A DNA stretch of 31,518 nt, taken from positions 372,001-403,518 of the forward strand of contig CAZXWN010000002.1 of the NCBI GenBank assembly GCA_964644695.1, read 5' to 3'. The first letter of the stretch is position 1; each line of letters starts with the position of its first letter. This stretch comes from an uncultured bacterium (GTDB lineage: Bacteria; UBP4; UBA4092). The notes below the pieces were generated by a model. The model was not told the origin of the DNA and ran no database searches. It saw only the letters and a program-made list of their open reading frames with translations. A program made the translations under genes and the position numbers. This document shows, piece by piece, positions 17,303-26,289 of this stretch.

Positions 17303-19711
17303 ATGGGCAAGTATGGATATTTTGATGAAAAAACAAATGCTTATGTAATTACCCGTCCGGATACTCCAGCTCCCTGGATTAATTACCTGACTAATGAAAA
17401 TTACCATGCTTTGGTTTCAAATACTGGAGGTGGATTTTCTTTTGACCGCTCACCTAAAGATTCTCGGCTTATCAGGTTTCGATATAACAGTTATCCCATA
17501 GACCGGCCTGGTCGTTATGTGTATATTCGGGACAATGAAACGGGAGAATATTGGTCTCCTACCTGGCAGCCCACACTGACTAAACTGGATTCTTATAAAT
17601 GTACCCATATGCCTGGTGTGACTGCTATTGAATCTACCTACAAAGGAATTTATGTCTGTGTAGAGTATCTCGTTCCTGTTAAAGGTGACTTTGAATATTG
17701 GCGGATAACGGTCAGAAATGAAAGTAAAAAGTCCCGCAAATTGAGTTTTTATCCCTATGCTGAACTGTGTCTCAGCCATGCCTTGATTGATTTAATCAGC
17801 CAACCGAATGACCAGCATTTTAACCACCTTCGCTTCGATAAAGAAGACAATTCAATTTATGCTACTAAACGGTATTGGTCTGCACAGAGTGGTGTAACCG
17901 TCAAACAAGCCAATGAAGCCTGGGATCGAATGTTATTTTTTACTTCGACATTGAAGGTTTCAGCCTTTGATGGGAAACTAACGGATTTCCTGGGCCGCTA
18001 CCGTTCAGAAGCCAATCCCGTAAACATTGAGAAGGGTAAACTTACTAACACGATTGTTGACTCCGGTGATGCCTGTGCCGCAATTCAGCACAATGTGACT
18101 CTTTCACCCGGCAAGTCTGTAGATTTTTTAGTCATGTTGGGTGTGGTTCCTGTAGATAAATGGAAATCAAATACTAAGTCAGTATTTAAAAAATACCGTG
18201 ACTTAGATGCGTATGAAGTTGAAAAGGCCAAAGTTCAATCATGGTTTAAGGATTATTTTTCAGCCGTTCAAGTCAATACACCCGATAAAAATGTAAATCA
18301 GATGCTGAATACCTGGAATCAACTACAAGCTCTTATGACTTATCGAGAATCCAGAAATGCATCCTATTATCACGGCGGTTTGTTGTATGGAACTGGAATG
18401 AGGGATTTAGGGCAGGACCTTTTAGGTCCTGTGGTAACAAAGCCTGATTATGCCCGCCGTTCTGTGATTGAACTGTGTAATCACCAGTTTAAGGATGGAA
18501 GTACTCTTCATAACTTTTTCCGAGTGGGTGGGGGCGGCGAAAAAACCAACCATGGGGATACTCCTGTATGGCTTCCCATGGGAATATTTTTCTATGTAAA
18601 AGAAACGGGTGATCTTTCCATCCTTGATGAAAAAGTTTCTTATTATGATGAAGGAGAGGCCTCTGTTCTTGAACATATCTGTGGAGCGGTTGATTATCTT
18701 TATTCTCAGAGGACAAAAAGGGGGCTCTCAAAAATCTTTAATGGCGACTGGAATGATGATTTAGATTATCTGGGAAGAGATGGTAAAGGTGAAAGCCTGA
18801 TGGTGTCCCAGCAGTTGGCCTATGACTGTATGGAGCTGGTATGTCTCTTCAAATACATGGGTGATTCTACTCGTACTAAGAAATATCAAAAAATGTTTGA
18901 GTCCTTGAAGAAGTCTATTAATGACTATGGATGGGATGGTGAATGGTTTATCAGAGCAACACATGATTGTGGTCTTCCCATTGGTTCTAAAAAATGTAAG
19001 GAAGGTAAAGTCTTCATCAATTCTCAGACTTGGGCGGTTATTAGCAAGGTGGCTGAAGGAAAAAGAGCTGAGTCTTGTCTGAATGCCGTTCGTAAATACC
19101 TGGATACTCCCAAGGGACCTAAAAAGAATGACCCTGCTTACACCAAAGTTATTCAGGACGGATATCCTCCGTTTGGGTTGATAACTCGAGAATGTCCCGG
19201 CAAAAAAGAAAATGCTTCAATATTTAACCATACCGTCAGTTGGGCGATTTTGGCAGAATGCATTCTAGGGCGAGGAGATATCGCCTTCGATTATTATAAG
19301 AAATCATTGCCGATGAGTTTTCCTCCTGCCGGTGAAGACCGGTATAAAATGGAACCGTATGTTTATGCCGAATATGTGACCAGTACGGATCATTTCTCGT
19401 TTGGGGAAGCCTCTCATGCCTGGTTAACCGGGACTGCCGCATGGATGTTTCGGGATGCCGTAGATTATATCCTCGGAGTTCGACCTGAGTATGATGGACT
19501 TCGAATCGATCCCTGTATTCCAAAACACTGGAAGAAGTATTCAATCCATCGAAAGTTCCGTGGTGCTAATTATGAAATCACTGTGAAAAATCCCAAAGGG
19601 CTCAATAAGGGTGTGAAATCCATTCTCGTGGATGGACAACCATTTGATGGCCAATTACTGCCTGTGTTTTCAGAAGGTGAGACCCATTACATTGAAGTGA
19701 TGATGGGATGA
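17303..19711 (+). CDS. GH94 glycoside phosphorylase (cellobiose/chitobiose phosphorylase family)
   Basis: YGYFD...YVITRPDTPAPWINYL, RD..QD, GDWND catalytic segment, GKKENASIFNH, EPYVYAE, WLTGTAAW and ILGVRP. Start ATG 17303 follows GGAG. Confidence 0.93.
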   Translation: MGKYGYFDEKTNAYVITRPDTPAPWINYLTNENYHALVSNTGGGFSFDRSPKDSRLIRFRYNSYPIDRPGRYVYIRDNETGEYWSPTWQPTLTKLDSYKCTHMPGVTAIESTYKGIYVCVEYLVPVKGDFEYWRITVRNESKKSRKLSFYPYAELCLSHALIDLISQPNDQHFNHLRFDKEDNSIYATKRYWSAQSGVTVKQANEAWDRMLFFTSTLKVSAFDGKLTDFLGRYRSEANPVNIEKGKLTNTIVDSGDACAAIQHNVTLSPGKSVDFLVMLGVVPVDKWKSNTKSVFKKYRDLDAYEVEKAKVQSWFKDYFSAVQVNTPDKNVNQMLNTWNQLQALMTYRESRNASYYHGGLLYGTGMRDLGQDLLGPVVTKPDYARRSVIELCNHQFKDGSTLHNFFRVGGGGEKTNHGDTPVWLPMGIFFYVKETGDLSILDEKVSYYDEGEASVLEHICGAVDYLYSQRTKRGLSKIFNGDWNDDLDYLGRDGKGESLMVSQQLAYDCMELVCLFKYMGDSTRTKKYQKMFESLKKSINDYGWDGEWFIRATHDCGLPIGSKKCKEGKVFINSQTWAVISKVAEGKRAESCLNAVRKYLDTPKGPKKNDPAYTKVIQDGYPPFGLITRECPGKKENASIFNHTVSWAILAECILGRGDIAFDYYKKSLPMSFPPAGEDRYKMEPYVYAEYVTSTDHFSFGEASHAWLTGTAAWMFRDAVDYILGVRPEYDGLRIDPCIPKHWKKYSIHRKFRGANYEITVKNPKGLNKGVKSILVDGQPFDGQLLPVFSEGETHYIEVMMG

Positions 19712-19727
19712 AATAATAACTACTAAA

Positions 19728-19761
19728 AAAAGCCCTTGAGTTGAATGACTCAAGGGCTTTT
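19728..19761. terminator. Bidirectional intrinsic terminator (GH94/argJ)
   Basis: Perfect 14 bp inverted repeat AAAAGCCCTTGAGT-tgaatg-ACTCAAGGGCTTTT with flanking A and T runs. Confidence 0.9.
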
Positions 19762-19779
19762 CTTTTTTATAAAGATTCA

Positions 19780-21030
19780 CTAAGACCGATAGGACCCATT
19801 GATTTTCACATAGTCATAGGAAAAATCACAGGTCCATACATAGGATGATTGGGATCCTTCTTTGATATCAACCAATATGAGAATGTCAGAATTTTCCAAC
19901 AATTTCTTGGCGTCGGATTCTGGGAAATTAGTTGAAATACCATTCCGAGCTAATTTGATCAGCTCAAAATCTTCTTCATCTTTGGATTTTCCACCCAGTG
20001 TAATATCAACGACATCCGGATTGATTTTAACTCCTGAATAACCCGCTGCACAGATGATTCGACCCCAGTTGGCATCTGCTCCAAAGATGGCCGTTTTTAC
20101 CAGAGGTGAATTAGCAATTGCTTTTGCAATCACAAACGCATCTTTTTCGGTTTTGGCATTTTCAACAATGACTTCAACAAATTTCGTAGCACCTTCACCA
20201 TCCCGTGCCATCATCTTGGCCAGTGTTGTCGTGACAAACTGGAGTGCTTCCAGGAAAACAGCATAATCTTGCGAGGATTTACTTTTTAATGTTTTGTTTC
20301 CAGCTAATCCATTAGCAAAAATGATACAGGTATCATTCGTGCTTTCATCATTATCAACCGTGACATGATTGAAACTCCGATCAACGCTGGTCTCAACCAT
20401 TTTCTGTAATAATTTCTGGTCCACATTTGCATCGGTGGTTATGAAACACAACATCGTTGCATGAGGACCGGCCATCAGAGGAGCAATCATCCCGGAACCT
20501 TTACAGATAGCGCCCATTCTGCAGGTTTTTCCATCGAGTTCAAACTCCACAGAAATTGATTTCGGAAAGGTGTCTGTGGTCATGATTGCGGAAGCCGCGT
20601 CATCATTCCCTTCATGATGCAGGGATTTTACTGCTTTGGAAATACCCTTTACGACTCTATCCATTGGCAGTGTTTGTCCAATGACACCCGTGGAGGCAAC
20701 ATAGACTAAATCTGATTTAATCTTAAGAGCTTTAGCTGTCTCTGTCTGCATCTTCTTTGCATCTGTAATTCCCTTTTTTCCATTGCAGGCGTTCGCATTT
20801 CCAGAATTGGCGATAATGGCCTGTCCTTTACCCTTTTTTACGGTATCAATGTCCACTAATACTGGAGCTGCTTTTACACGGTTGGTAGTGAATGTTCCTG
20901 CAGCTGTTGCAGGAACTTCGGAATAGATAAGTGCGATATCTTTTTTATTTTTCTTTTTTATCTCAGCTTCAATACCAGATGCTTTAAATCCCTTCGGGGC
21001 TGTCACGCCGCCGTCAATGACCTTCAACAT
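19780..21030 (-). CDS. argJ: Ornithine acetyltransferase / glutamate N-acetyltransferase ArgJ
   Basis: FTTNRVKAAPV, NSGNANA, STGVIG, IMTTDT, KGSGMI..ATML, STND, DGEGATK, DANWGR and YVKING.YRS. Start ATG 21030 follows GGAAGGA. Confidence 0.97.
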   Translation of the reverse strand: MLKVIDGGVTAPKGFKASGIEAEIKKKNKKDIALIYSEVPATAAGTFTTNRVKAAPVLVDIDTVKKGKGQAIIANSGNANACNGKKGITDAKKMQTETAKALKIKSDLVYVASTGVIGQTLPMDRVVKGISKAVKSLHHEGNDDAASAIMTTDTFPKSISVEFELDGKTCRMGAICKGSGMIAPLMAGPHATMLCFITTDANVDQKLLQKMVETSVDRSFNHVTVDNDESTNDTCIIFANGLAGNKTLKSKSSQDYAVFLEALQFVTTTLAKMMARDGEGATKFVEVIVENAKTEKDAFVIAKAIANSPLVKTAIFGADANWGRIICAAGYSGVKINPDVVDITLGGKSKDEEDFELIKLARNGISTNFPESDAKKLLENSDILILVDIKEGSQSSYVWTCDFSYDYVKINGSYRS

Positions 21031-21125
21031 TATTAGGTTTCCTTCCATGCGGGGGAAAAATAAACATTCTATTAAAAAAATATTAACTGATATTTCGATA
21101 AATATACAGATTCTTTCTTGAATTC

Positions 21126-21155
21126 TTGAGAGTTAAGGCGAATACACGATAAGAT
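21126..21155 (+). promoter_or_regulatory. sigma70-type promoter for the MFS gene
   Basis: TTGAGA, 18 bp spacer, TAAGAT. Confidence 0.35.
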
Positions 21156-21185
21156 TAAATAATATTCCGAAGGGCTAATATCTAT

Positions 21186-22388
21186 ATGATTCCGTATTAT
21201 CAACGCAACCTCTACATACTTTCAACAACCATATTTCTGGTGTCCCTGAGTTGGAACCAGGTGATTCCTTTCTTGCCCAAATTTCTTGAGTCCATGGGGG
21301 TTGGTAATAATATTGACTGGTGGGTGGCCGCTGTATTCGGGCTGCAATCTGCTGCAGCCATGGTTTGTTTACCTTTCTGGGGAAAATTGGGGGATACCCA
21401 TGGTCGTAAAATTATGATTATCAGGGCGGGCATATTTTTATCCCTGATTTATTTTGCGATGAGTTTTTCGGTGGCACCATGGCAAGTGGCTTTATGTCGA
21501 TTTCTCAATGGTGCGTTAACAGGATTTATCCCTGGTTCATTTGCACTTATTGCGACGAATACTCCTGAAGAAGTAGCCCCTCGAAGTGTCGCTACCGCAC
21601 AGATGGCCTCGTCGGCAGGTTTATTGTTAGGTCCTGTTATTGGAGGCTTTCTCGCAGATATCTTTGGATATCGGGGATCCATGGTGGTTTCCGGGGCAAT
21701 TGTTTTTATTTCTACACTGACAGTTTGGGGCCTGGTTCAGGAACCTAATAAGGTAAAGCCGACCGATAAAACAAGTCTTTGGGAGGATGTGAAAACTGCG
21801 ATTCGTTCAAAAGTGATGCGGTCATTGCTTTTCGCCGTTTTTGTTGCATGGATGTTTGGTGCGGCAATTGGTCCCTTCCTGGCCTTGTATTTACCTACAT
21901 TACAACCAGGATTGAAGGCTTGGCTGATTGGTTTAGTCATATCTCTTCCCTCGTTAGCTCTTTTTCTTACCGCGCGTTTGTGGACGCGTATTGGCGAACG
22001 ATATGGATATGACCGAATCATAGTCATAGGACTTGTTGGTTCTGGGTGTATGGGCTTAACGGCTTTCTTTGTGCATACGTATCTGTTATTTGCTGTTTTC
22101 TTTTTTATTGGGGGTGTATTTATGGCAGCATTGCCTCCAGCTGTGGGGGCCATTACTTGTACACGAATCGAAGAATCCTTCCGAGGTAGAGCCTATGGAT
22201 TGCAACAGGCTGCCGGCACTTCGGCGGCATTAATTGCACCGGTAGGAGCCAGTTTTGTATCTCATTTTTTCGGGCGGGCTGCAATTTTTCCTGCTGCAGG
22301 ATTAGTTACTTTGACCGGAGCTTATATTGTGTGGCGACAGCTCAAACAATGGGAACCTGAAACAACCATTACCAATCGGGCCAAATAA
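21186..22388 (+). CDS. MFS transporter (DHA1, MdtG-like)
   Basis: About 12 hydrophobic segments, motif A WGKLGDTHGRK, RFLNG, GPVIGG and RGRAYG. Confidence 0.9.
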   Translation: MIPYYQRNLYILSTTIFLVSLSWNQVIPFLPKFLESMGVGNNIDWWVAAVFGLQSAAAMVCLPFWGKLGDTHGRKIMIIRAGIFLSLIYFAMSFSVAPWQVALCRFLNGALTGFIPGSFALIATNTPEEVAPRSVATAQMASSAGLLLGPVIGGFLADIFGYRGSMVVSGAIVFISTLTVWGLVQEPNKVKPTDKTSLWEDVKTAIRSKVMRSLLFAVFVAWMFGAAIGPFLALYLPTLQPGLKAWLIGLVISLPSLALFLTARLWTRIGERYGYDRIIVIGLVGSGCMGLTAFFVHTYLLFAVFFFIGGVFMAALPPAVGAITCTRIEESFRGRAYGLQQAAGTSAALIAPVGASFVSHFFGRAAIFPAAGLVTLTGAYIVWRQLKQWEPETTITNRAK

Positions 22389-24273
22389 TAGCCTCAGTAG
22401 ATGTCGGGAAGGTATCTTTCAGGTTTAGTTTTCCGTATCCCCACTTGTAACCTGAGTCAGGTACACTGCCTGTGGCAGCATCTGATTTTGTACCCATCGT
22501 GATTAATTTTTGCTTGACTTGAACAGGGGTTAGTCCAGGTTCTCTTTGCAAAATAAGGGCGACAGCTCCTGTGACCATCGGACAGGCCATACTTGTTCCC
22601 TGCATATACCAATGTTTTCTGTCGAGTGTTTGATTTGCTAATACAGTACTCGACGGACTGAATGAAGACATGGTCGAGGCGATTATTTGTCCTGGGGCTG
22701 CCAGGTCTGGTTTACGGGATTCGTCTCTACTGGGTCCGATTCCACTGAATGCAGAGATTTGGCCGGGTTGATTGCCAACCACTGAGTAAGTTAAACCATC
22801 TGCGGCTATCCATTCCAGACGAACTACATAAGAGGCTACTGTGATAGCTTCCTTTGCATGCCCGGGTTCGGTGACGAGATACCGATAGGTTGTATTGGGA
22901 CTATTGAATTGTGTGGCTTGATTGACGACCCATGCATGATATCTGCCATTCCCTGTGGACCCACTATTTCGCTTGAGAATTAGATTCCAGTTTCCGTATG
23001 ATGTAAGTAATGACACTGTGATATACATTTCCCGGTCACCACTTGCTGTTGAAGAAACACTGTTGTAAATCTCTGTTGACCCTCCTCCTAAAGTTCCATA
23101 CGAGACACTGTTAAAGGCAGTGGTGATGAAACTTCCAGCCGGAGAAATTAACTGACAATCAAACATATCCCCGGCAGAATACCAGACATTCAAAACAAGA
23201 TAACGATTGGATGAGGACATTGGAAACCGACAAGTGTCTTCGGAGCCTATAGCTACTTGGTTCTCTGCATGATATCCTCGGCTCCCATCATTTCCTGCAG
23301 CAACCACGACTATCCTTCCCGGACCACATAATGAACTGATTCCTGATTCCATTGCACTGGAGCCATCGTGAGGTCCATATTGTCCGCCAATACTTAAATT
23401 AACAACCGCCGGTTTGTATAAGGTTGAGGCAATATTGAAAATATACTGAACCGCATCCACAAGATGGGTGTCATTAAAATCAGTTTTTACAAAGATGATT
23501 TCAGATTCTGGAGCTATTCCGGTATAAGTACCCTCTGGTTGAGATGATCCATGACTTCTGCCATTCCCTGCGGATATTCCAGTTACATGGGAACCATGGA
23601 TATTAATCGCATTCTGAGAAATGATTTTTATGCCTGGATTCGCAATTTGATAATCAATGGTGGTTTTTGAATATTCTTGTCCATACGAATATCCGGAGGG
23701 TGGAGTCCCCGTTGTTAAATCTGACTGGTCCCATATACTTAATATACGGGTGGACCCGTTCGCCCAGCGAAAATCATCATTCATATAATCAATTCCAGAA
23801 TCCACAACTCCAACAATAACTCCACTGCCGTTAATACCCCTGTTATGTAAAGGTCTGGCGTGAATTCCTTGGTACAGCGGATGTCCCTGGTAATCTAAAG
23901 TCATAGATGTTGATGCACTGATATCCAGAACCGGTTCTCTCTTGGAAGCTCCTTCTATCCCTATGATTTCCGGATGTTGTGATAATTCGTCAATTTGATT
24001 TCGGGTTAATTCTGCGGTCCCTAAGTGTGGAGACAGGGGATTGATGATATATCCATTTTTCTGAAGCTTTTGCAAGGAACTGTGGGCTCTGATGAAAACC
24101 GGGTAATATGACTCACCATTAATGACTCTGTGTTGGACTTCTGCGGTTTTGTTGGTGTTGGCCCTGATTTGATATTGAATCAAAGGATTTATTTTGTTTA
24201 TATTTTCTGAAAAGGAAAAACTGATGAGCGTTATGAAAATCAAAATAAAATAAATAATCCCTTTTGGAGTCAT
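22369..24273 (-). CDS. Secreted S8 subtilisin-like serine protease, CspA-like subgroup
   Basis: Signal peptide and prodomain. Triad VVDSGID / HGSHVTGI / GTSMACP, oxyanion AAGNDG, TRILSIWDQ motif, and an inserted beta-rich domain between AAGN and the Ser. Confidence 0.92.
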   Translation of the reverse strand: MTPKGIIYFILIFITLISFSFSENINKINPLIQYQIRANTNKTAEVQHRVINGESYYPVFIRAHSSLQKLQKNGYIINPLSPHLGTAELTRNQIDELSQHPEIIGIEGASKREPVLDISASTSMTLDYQGHPLYQGIHARPLHNRGINGSGVIVGVVDSGIDYMNDDFRWANGSTRILSIWDQSDLTTGTPPSGYSYGQEYSKTTIDYQIANPGIKIISQNAINIHGSHVTGISAGNGRSHGSSQPEGTYTGIAPESEIIFVKTDFNDTHLVDAVQYIFNIASTLYKPAVVNLSIGGQYGPHDGSSAMESGISSLCGPGRIVVVAAGNDGSRGYHAENQVAIGSEDTCRFPMSSSNRYLVLNVWYSAGDMFDCQLISPAGSFITTAFNSVSYGTLGGGSTEIYNSVSSTASGDREMYITVSLLTSYGNWNLILKRNSGSTGNGRYHAWVVNQATQFNSPNTTYRYLVTEPGHAKEAITVASYVVRLEWIAADGLTYSVVGNQPGQISAFSGIGPSRDESRKPDLAAPGQIIASTMSSFSPSSTVLANQTLDRKHWYMQGTSMACPMVTGAVALILQREPGLTPVQVKQKLITMGTKSDAATGSVPDSGYKWGYGKLNLKDTFPTSTEAIIWPDW

Positions 24274-24516
24274 GACAGTTTTCCTTTCTCTAATGAATTG
24301 GACCTCTTATTATTTACTAACCTGTTATTGCTTTACTGTCAATCAGTTTTGTGTTGGATAGTAAAATTTGATTTTTCCTTGTGTTTGACCGAATCCTCAT
24401 ATTCTTTGTGGAAACGAAGCAATTACGGACTATCTCCGAACAGCTCCGTGGATGATCCCTTTATTTTGGGGTTATATCTAACGATATTTACATTTTGTGA
24501 ACAAGTGTGCAGATAG

Positions 24517-24558
24517 TGATAAAATTAATTAAATAAATTCTGCGCTGATTTATCAGCG
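24517..24558 (+). promoter_or_regulatory. Extended -10 plus downstream palindrome (operator or 5' hairpin) for the Gfo/Idh/MocA gene
   Basis: TGaTAAAAT (24517-24525) and CGCTGAT-tt-ATCAGCG (24543-24558), followed by SD AAGGAG. Confidence 0.4.
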
Positions 24559-24586
24559 TCAAAACGTCAAGGAGAATTCCTGGATC

Positions 24587-25453
24587 ATGAGTAAAAAATT
24601 AAAGATTGGGTTGGTAGACAACTACCTGAACAATTATCACTGTGATGTGTTGATGAAGTTTTTGGCCGGTCCATTGGCAAAGGAAAATGTGGAGATTGTC
24701 GCTGCCTGGGAATGGATGCCGAAAGGTGACAAGGATTGGTGCAAGGAAAATAATGTAAAACGGTGTGCTTCTGTGGATGAAGTGACCAAAGCCGCTGACT
24801 ATATTATGGTGATGTCTCCAAACAATAATGAATATCACCGGATGTTAGCTGAAAAAGTTATTCCCGCCGGAAAACCCATTTATATTGATAAATTCCTCCA
24901 TCCAGTTTACTCCGAAGCCGTTGCTATTGTGGAAGGCTGTCAGAAGGCCAATATTCCCTTGATGTCTTCTTCTGCACTCGCCTTTGCTGTGGAATTGAAT
25001 GCCGCTCTGAAGGAAATGGGTAAAAAGAAACCCGAAGATATGTTCTGTAAAGGTATTTCCAGTTGGAGCAATTATGGTGTCCATTCTGTGTCTCCAGTCA
25101 TTCGTGTAATGGGTGGCGACATCAAACGGCTCATCAATGTGGGTTCGGAGAAAGACAATGTGGTCGTTCTCGATTATAAAGATGGTCGTAAAGCCACTAT
25201 CCAGGTTGTGACCTGCGAAAATGAATGGCAGTTCTTCCCGACATGGAATATTGGTATTCGTGCTGAGAATAAATATTACGGTGGACCCGTTAAGGAATTT
25301 GATGCCTTCTACATTAATCTGTTCAAAGAAGTCTTCAAATTCTTCCGCACCGGTAAACCTGGTATGTCCATTGAACAGCAGTTGGCTGTTTGTAAGGTTT
25401 TGGAAGATGGTGCTCGTTCCCTCAAACAGGGTGGCGTTTACATTAACTACTAA
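24587..25453 (+). CDS. Gfo/Idh/MocA-family oxidoreductase
   Basis: N-terminal Rossmann-like KIGLV, H...GKPIYIDK (variant of the EKP motif), PLMSSSAL and YGVH. Confidence 0.75.
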   Translation: MSKKLKIGLVDNYLNNYHCDVLMKFLAGPLAKENVEIVAAWEWMPKGDKDWCKENNVKRCASVDEVTKAADYIMVMSPNNNEYHRMLAEKVIPAGKPIYIDKFLHPVYSEAVAIVEGCQKANIPLMSSSALAFAVELNAALKEMGKKKPEDMFCKGISSWSNYGVHSVSPVIRVMGGDIKRLINVGSEKDNVVVLDYKDGRKATIQVVTCENEWQFFPTWNIGIRAENKYYGGPVKEFDAFYINLFKEVFKFFRTGKPGMSIEQQLAVCKVLEDGARSLKQGGVYINY

Positions 25454-25471
25454 TTCAAATCAGATAAATAT

Positions 25472-25505
25472 AAACCCCATGGATGAGCAATTCTCCATGG
25501 GGTTT
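25472..25505. terminator. Intrinsic terminator, likely bidirectional
   Basis: AAACCCCATGGA...TCCATGGGGTTT (12 bp arms) followed by TATTTTGTTT. Confidence 0.85.
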
Positions 25506-25534
25506 TATTTTGTTTAAATATTTAAGCGGGTGGG

Positions 25535-26221
25535 TTAGAGAGACTCAATGACCTCAGCCAGCGCCGTTTCTTCTAATGAAAATCGGCTGATTATCTCCGA
25601 CAATTCTTCATATGCGGATGATTCGGGGTTTTCAAATACATCAAAAATCAATTGAATGATATGTTCTAACACTTCGTCCGTGATACTTGAATCTTTAATA
25701 TCCCTGATAAGGATATTTTTAATCATCTGAATACTGTCTTGAGTCGATTGTTGCAAGTCGTTCTGACTTCGATGCCCTAAAATACCTTGATGTCCCGTTA
25801 TCTTTGATAACTCCTGAATAAACAGGTTGCAATGGCTTGCGGGGCAATGGCGAATCAGATACTCATGAGCATAAGTATGAAGTGCATCTGCTGCTAACAA
25901 GGCATTTGCTTGCGTCGTCTGATTGTGGAGCCCTGGCTGGTTATCAAGTGCTGGTAAGTCAAACAATAGTTTGTTGGCCGCTTTGGTTAAACCCCATCCA
26001 ATCGAAAGGGATTCTATGGCTTTACGGACGTCATCTGTTAGGGGAAGGCTGTCTGCCAGAATTAATAACACTAATTCTTCAATCCGTTCAGTGTCCAGAT
26101 AAAGAGCTTTCTCCATGGTATCCCACAGAGAAGTTATTTGCTCATCACGTTTTGGAAGTGATCGCTTCAACGCTTGTTTGATATAGTCACGGTATTTAAT
26201 TAGTTTAAATGAGGATTGCAT
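25535..26221 (-). CDS. Polyprenyl synthetase (IspA-like) homolog with degenerate catalytic motifs
   Basis: LFDLPALDN resembles IHDDLPAMDN, ANALLAADALHTYAHE resembles ATAILAGDALLTLAFE, and IQELSKITGHQGILG resembles ELARAAGAEGMVGG. Start 26221 or 26230. Confidence 0.6.
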   Translation of the reverse strand: MQSSFKLIKYRDYIKQALKRSLPKRDEQITSLWDTMEKALYLDTERIEELVLLILADSLPLTDDVRKAIESLSIGWGLTKAANKLLFDLPALDNQPGLHNQTTQANALLAADALHTYAHEYLIRHCPASHCNLFIQELSKITGHQGILGHRSQNDLQQSTQDSIQMIKNILIRDIKDSSITDEVLEHIIQLIFDVFENPESSAYEELSEIISRFSLEETALAEVIESL

Positions 26222-26238
26222 GCTATACATTCTACAAT

Positions 26239-26267
26239 AAAAAAAGGGGAACCTTCAGGTCCCCCTT
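26239..26267 (-). terminator. Intrinsic terminator of the aminotransferase gene
   Basis: Minus strand AAGGGGGACC-UGAA-GGUUCCCCUU followed by a U run. Confidence 0.85.
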
Positions 26268-26289
26268 AAGTTTCTTATTTATTGGAATT

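Noticed and set aside
24298-24516. 72-aa plus-strand ORF in the divergent spacer
   Set aside because: TTG start, no SD, no recognisable motif, and it overlaps likely promoter elements.
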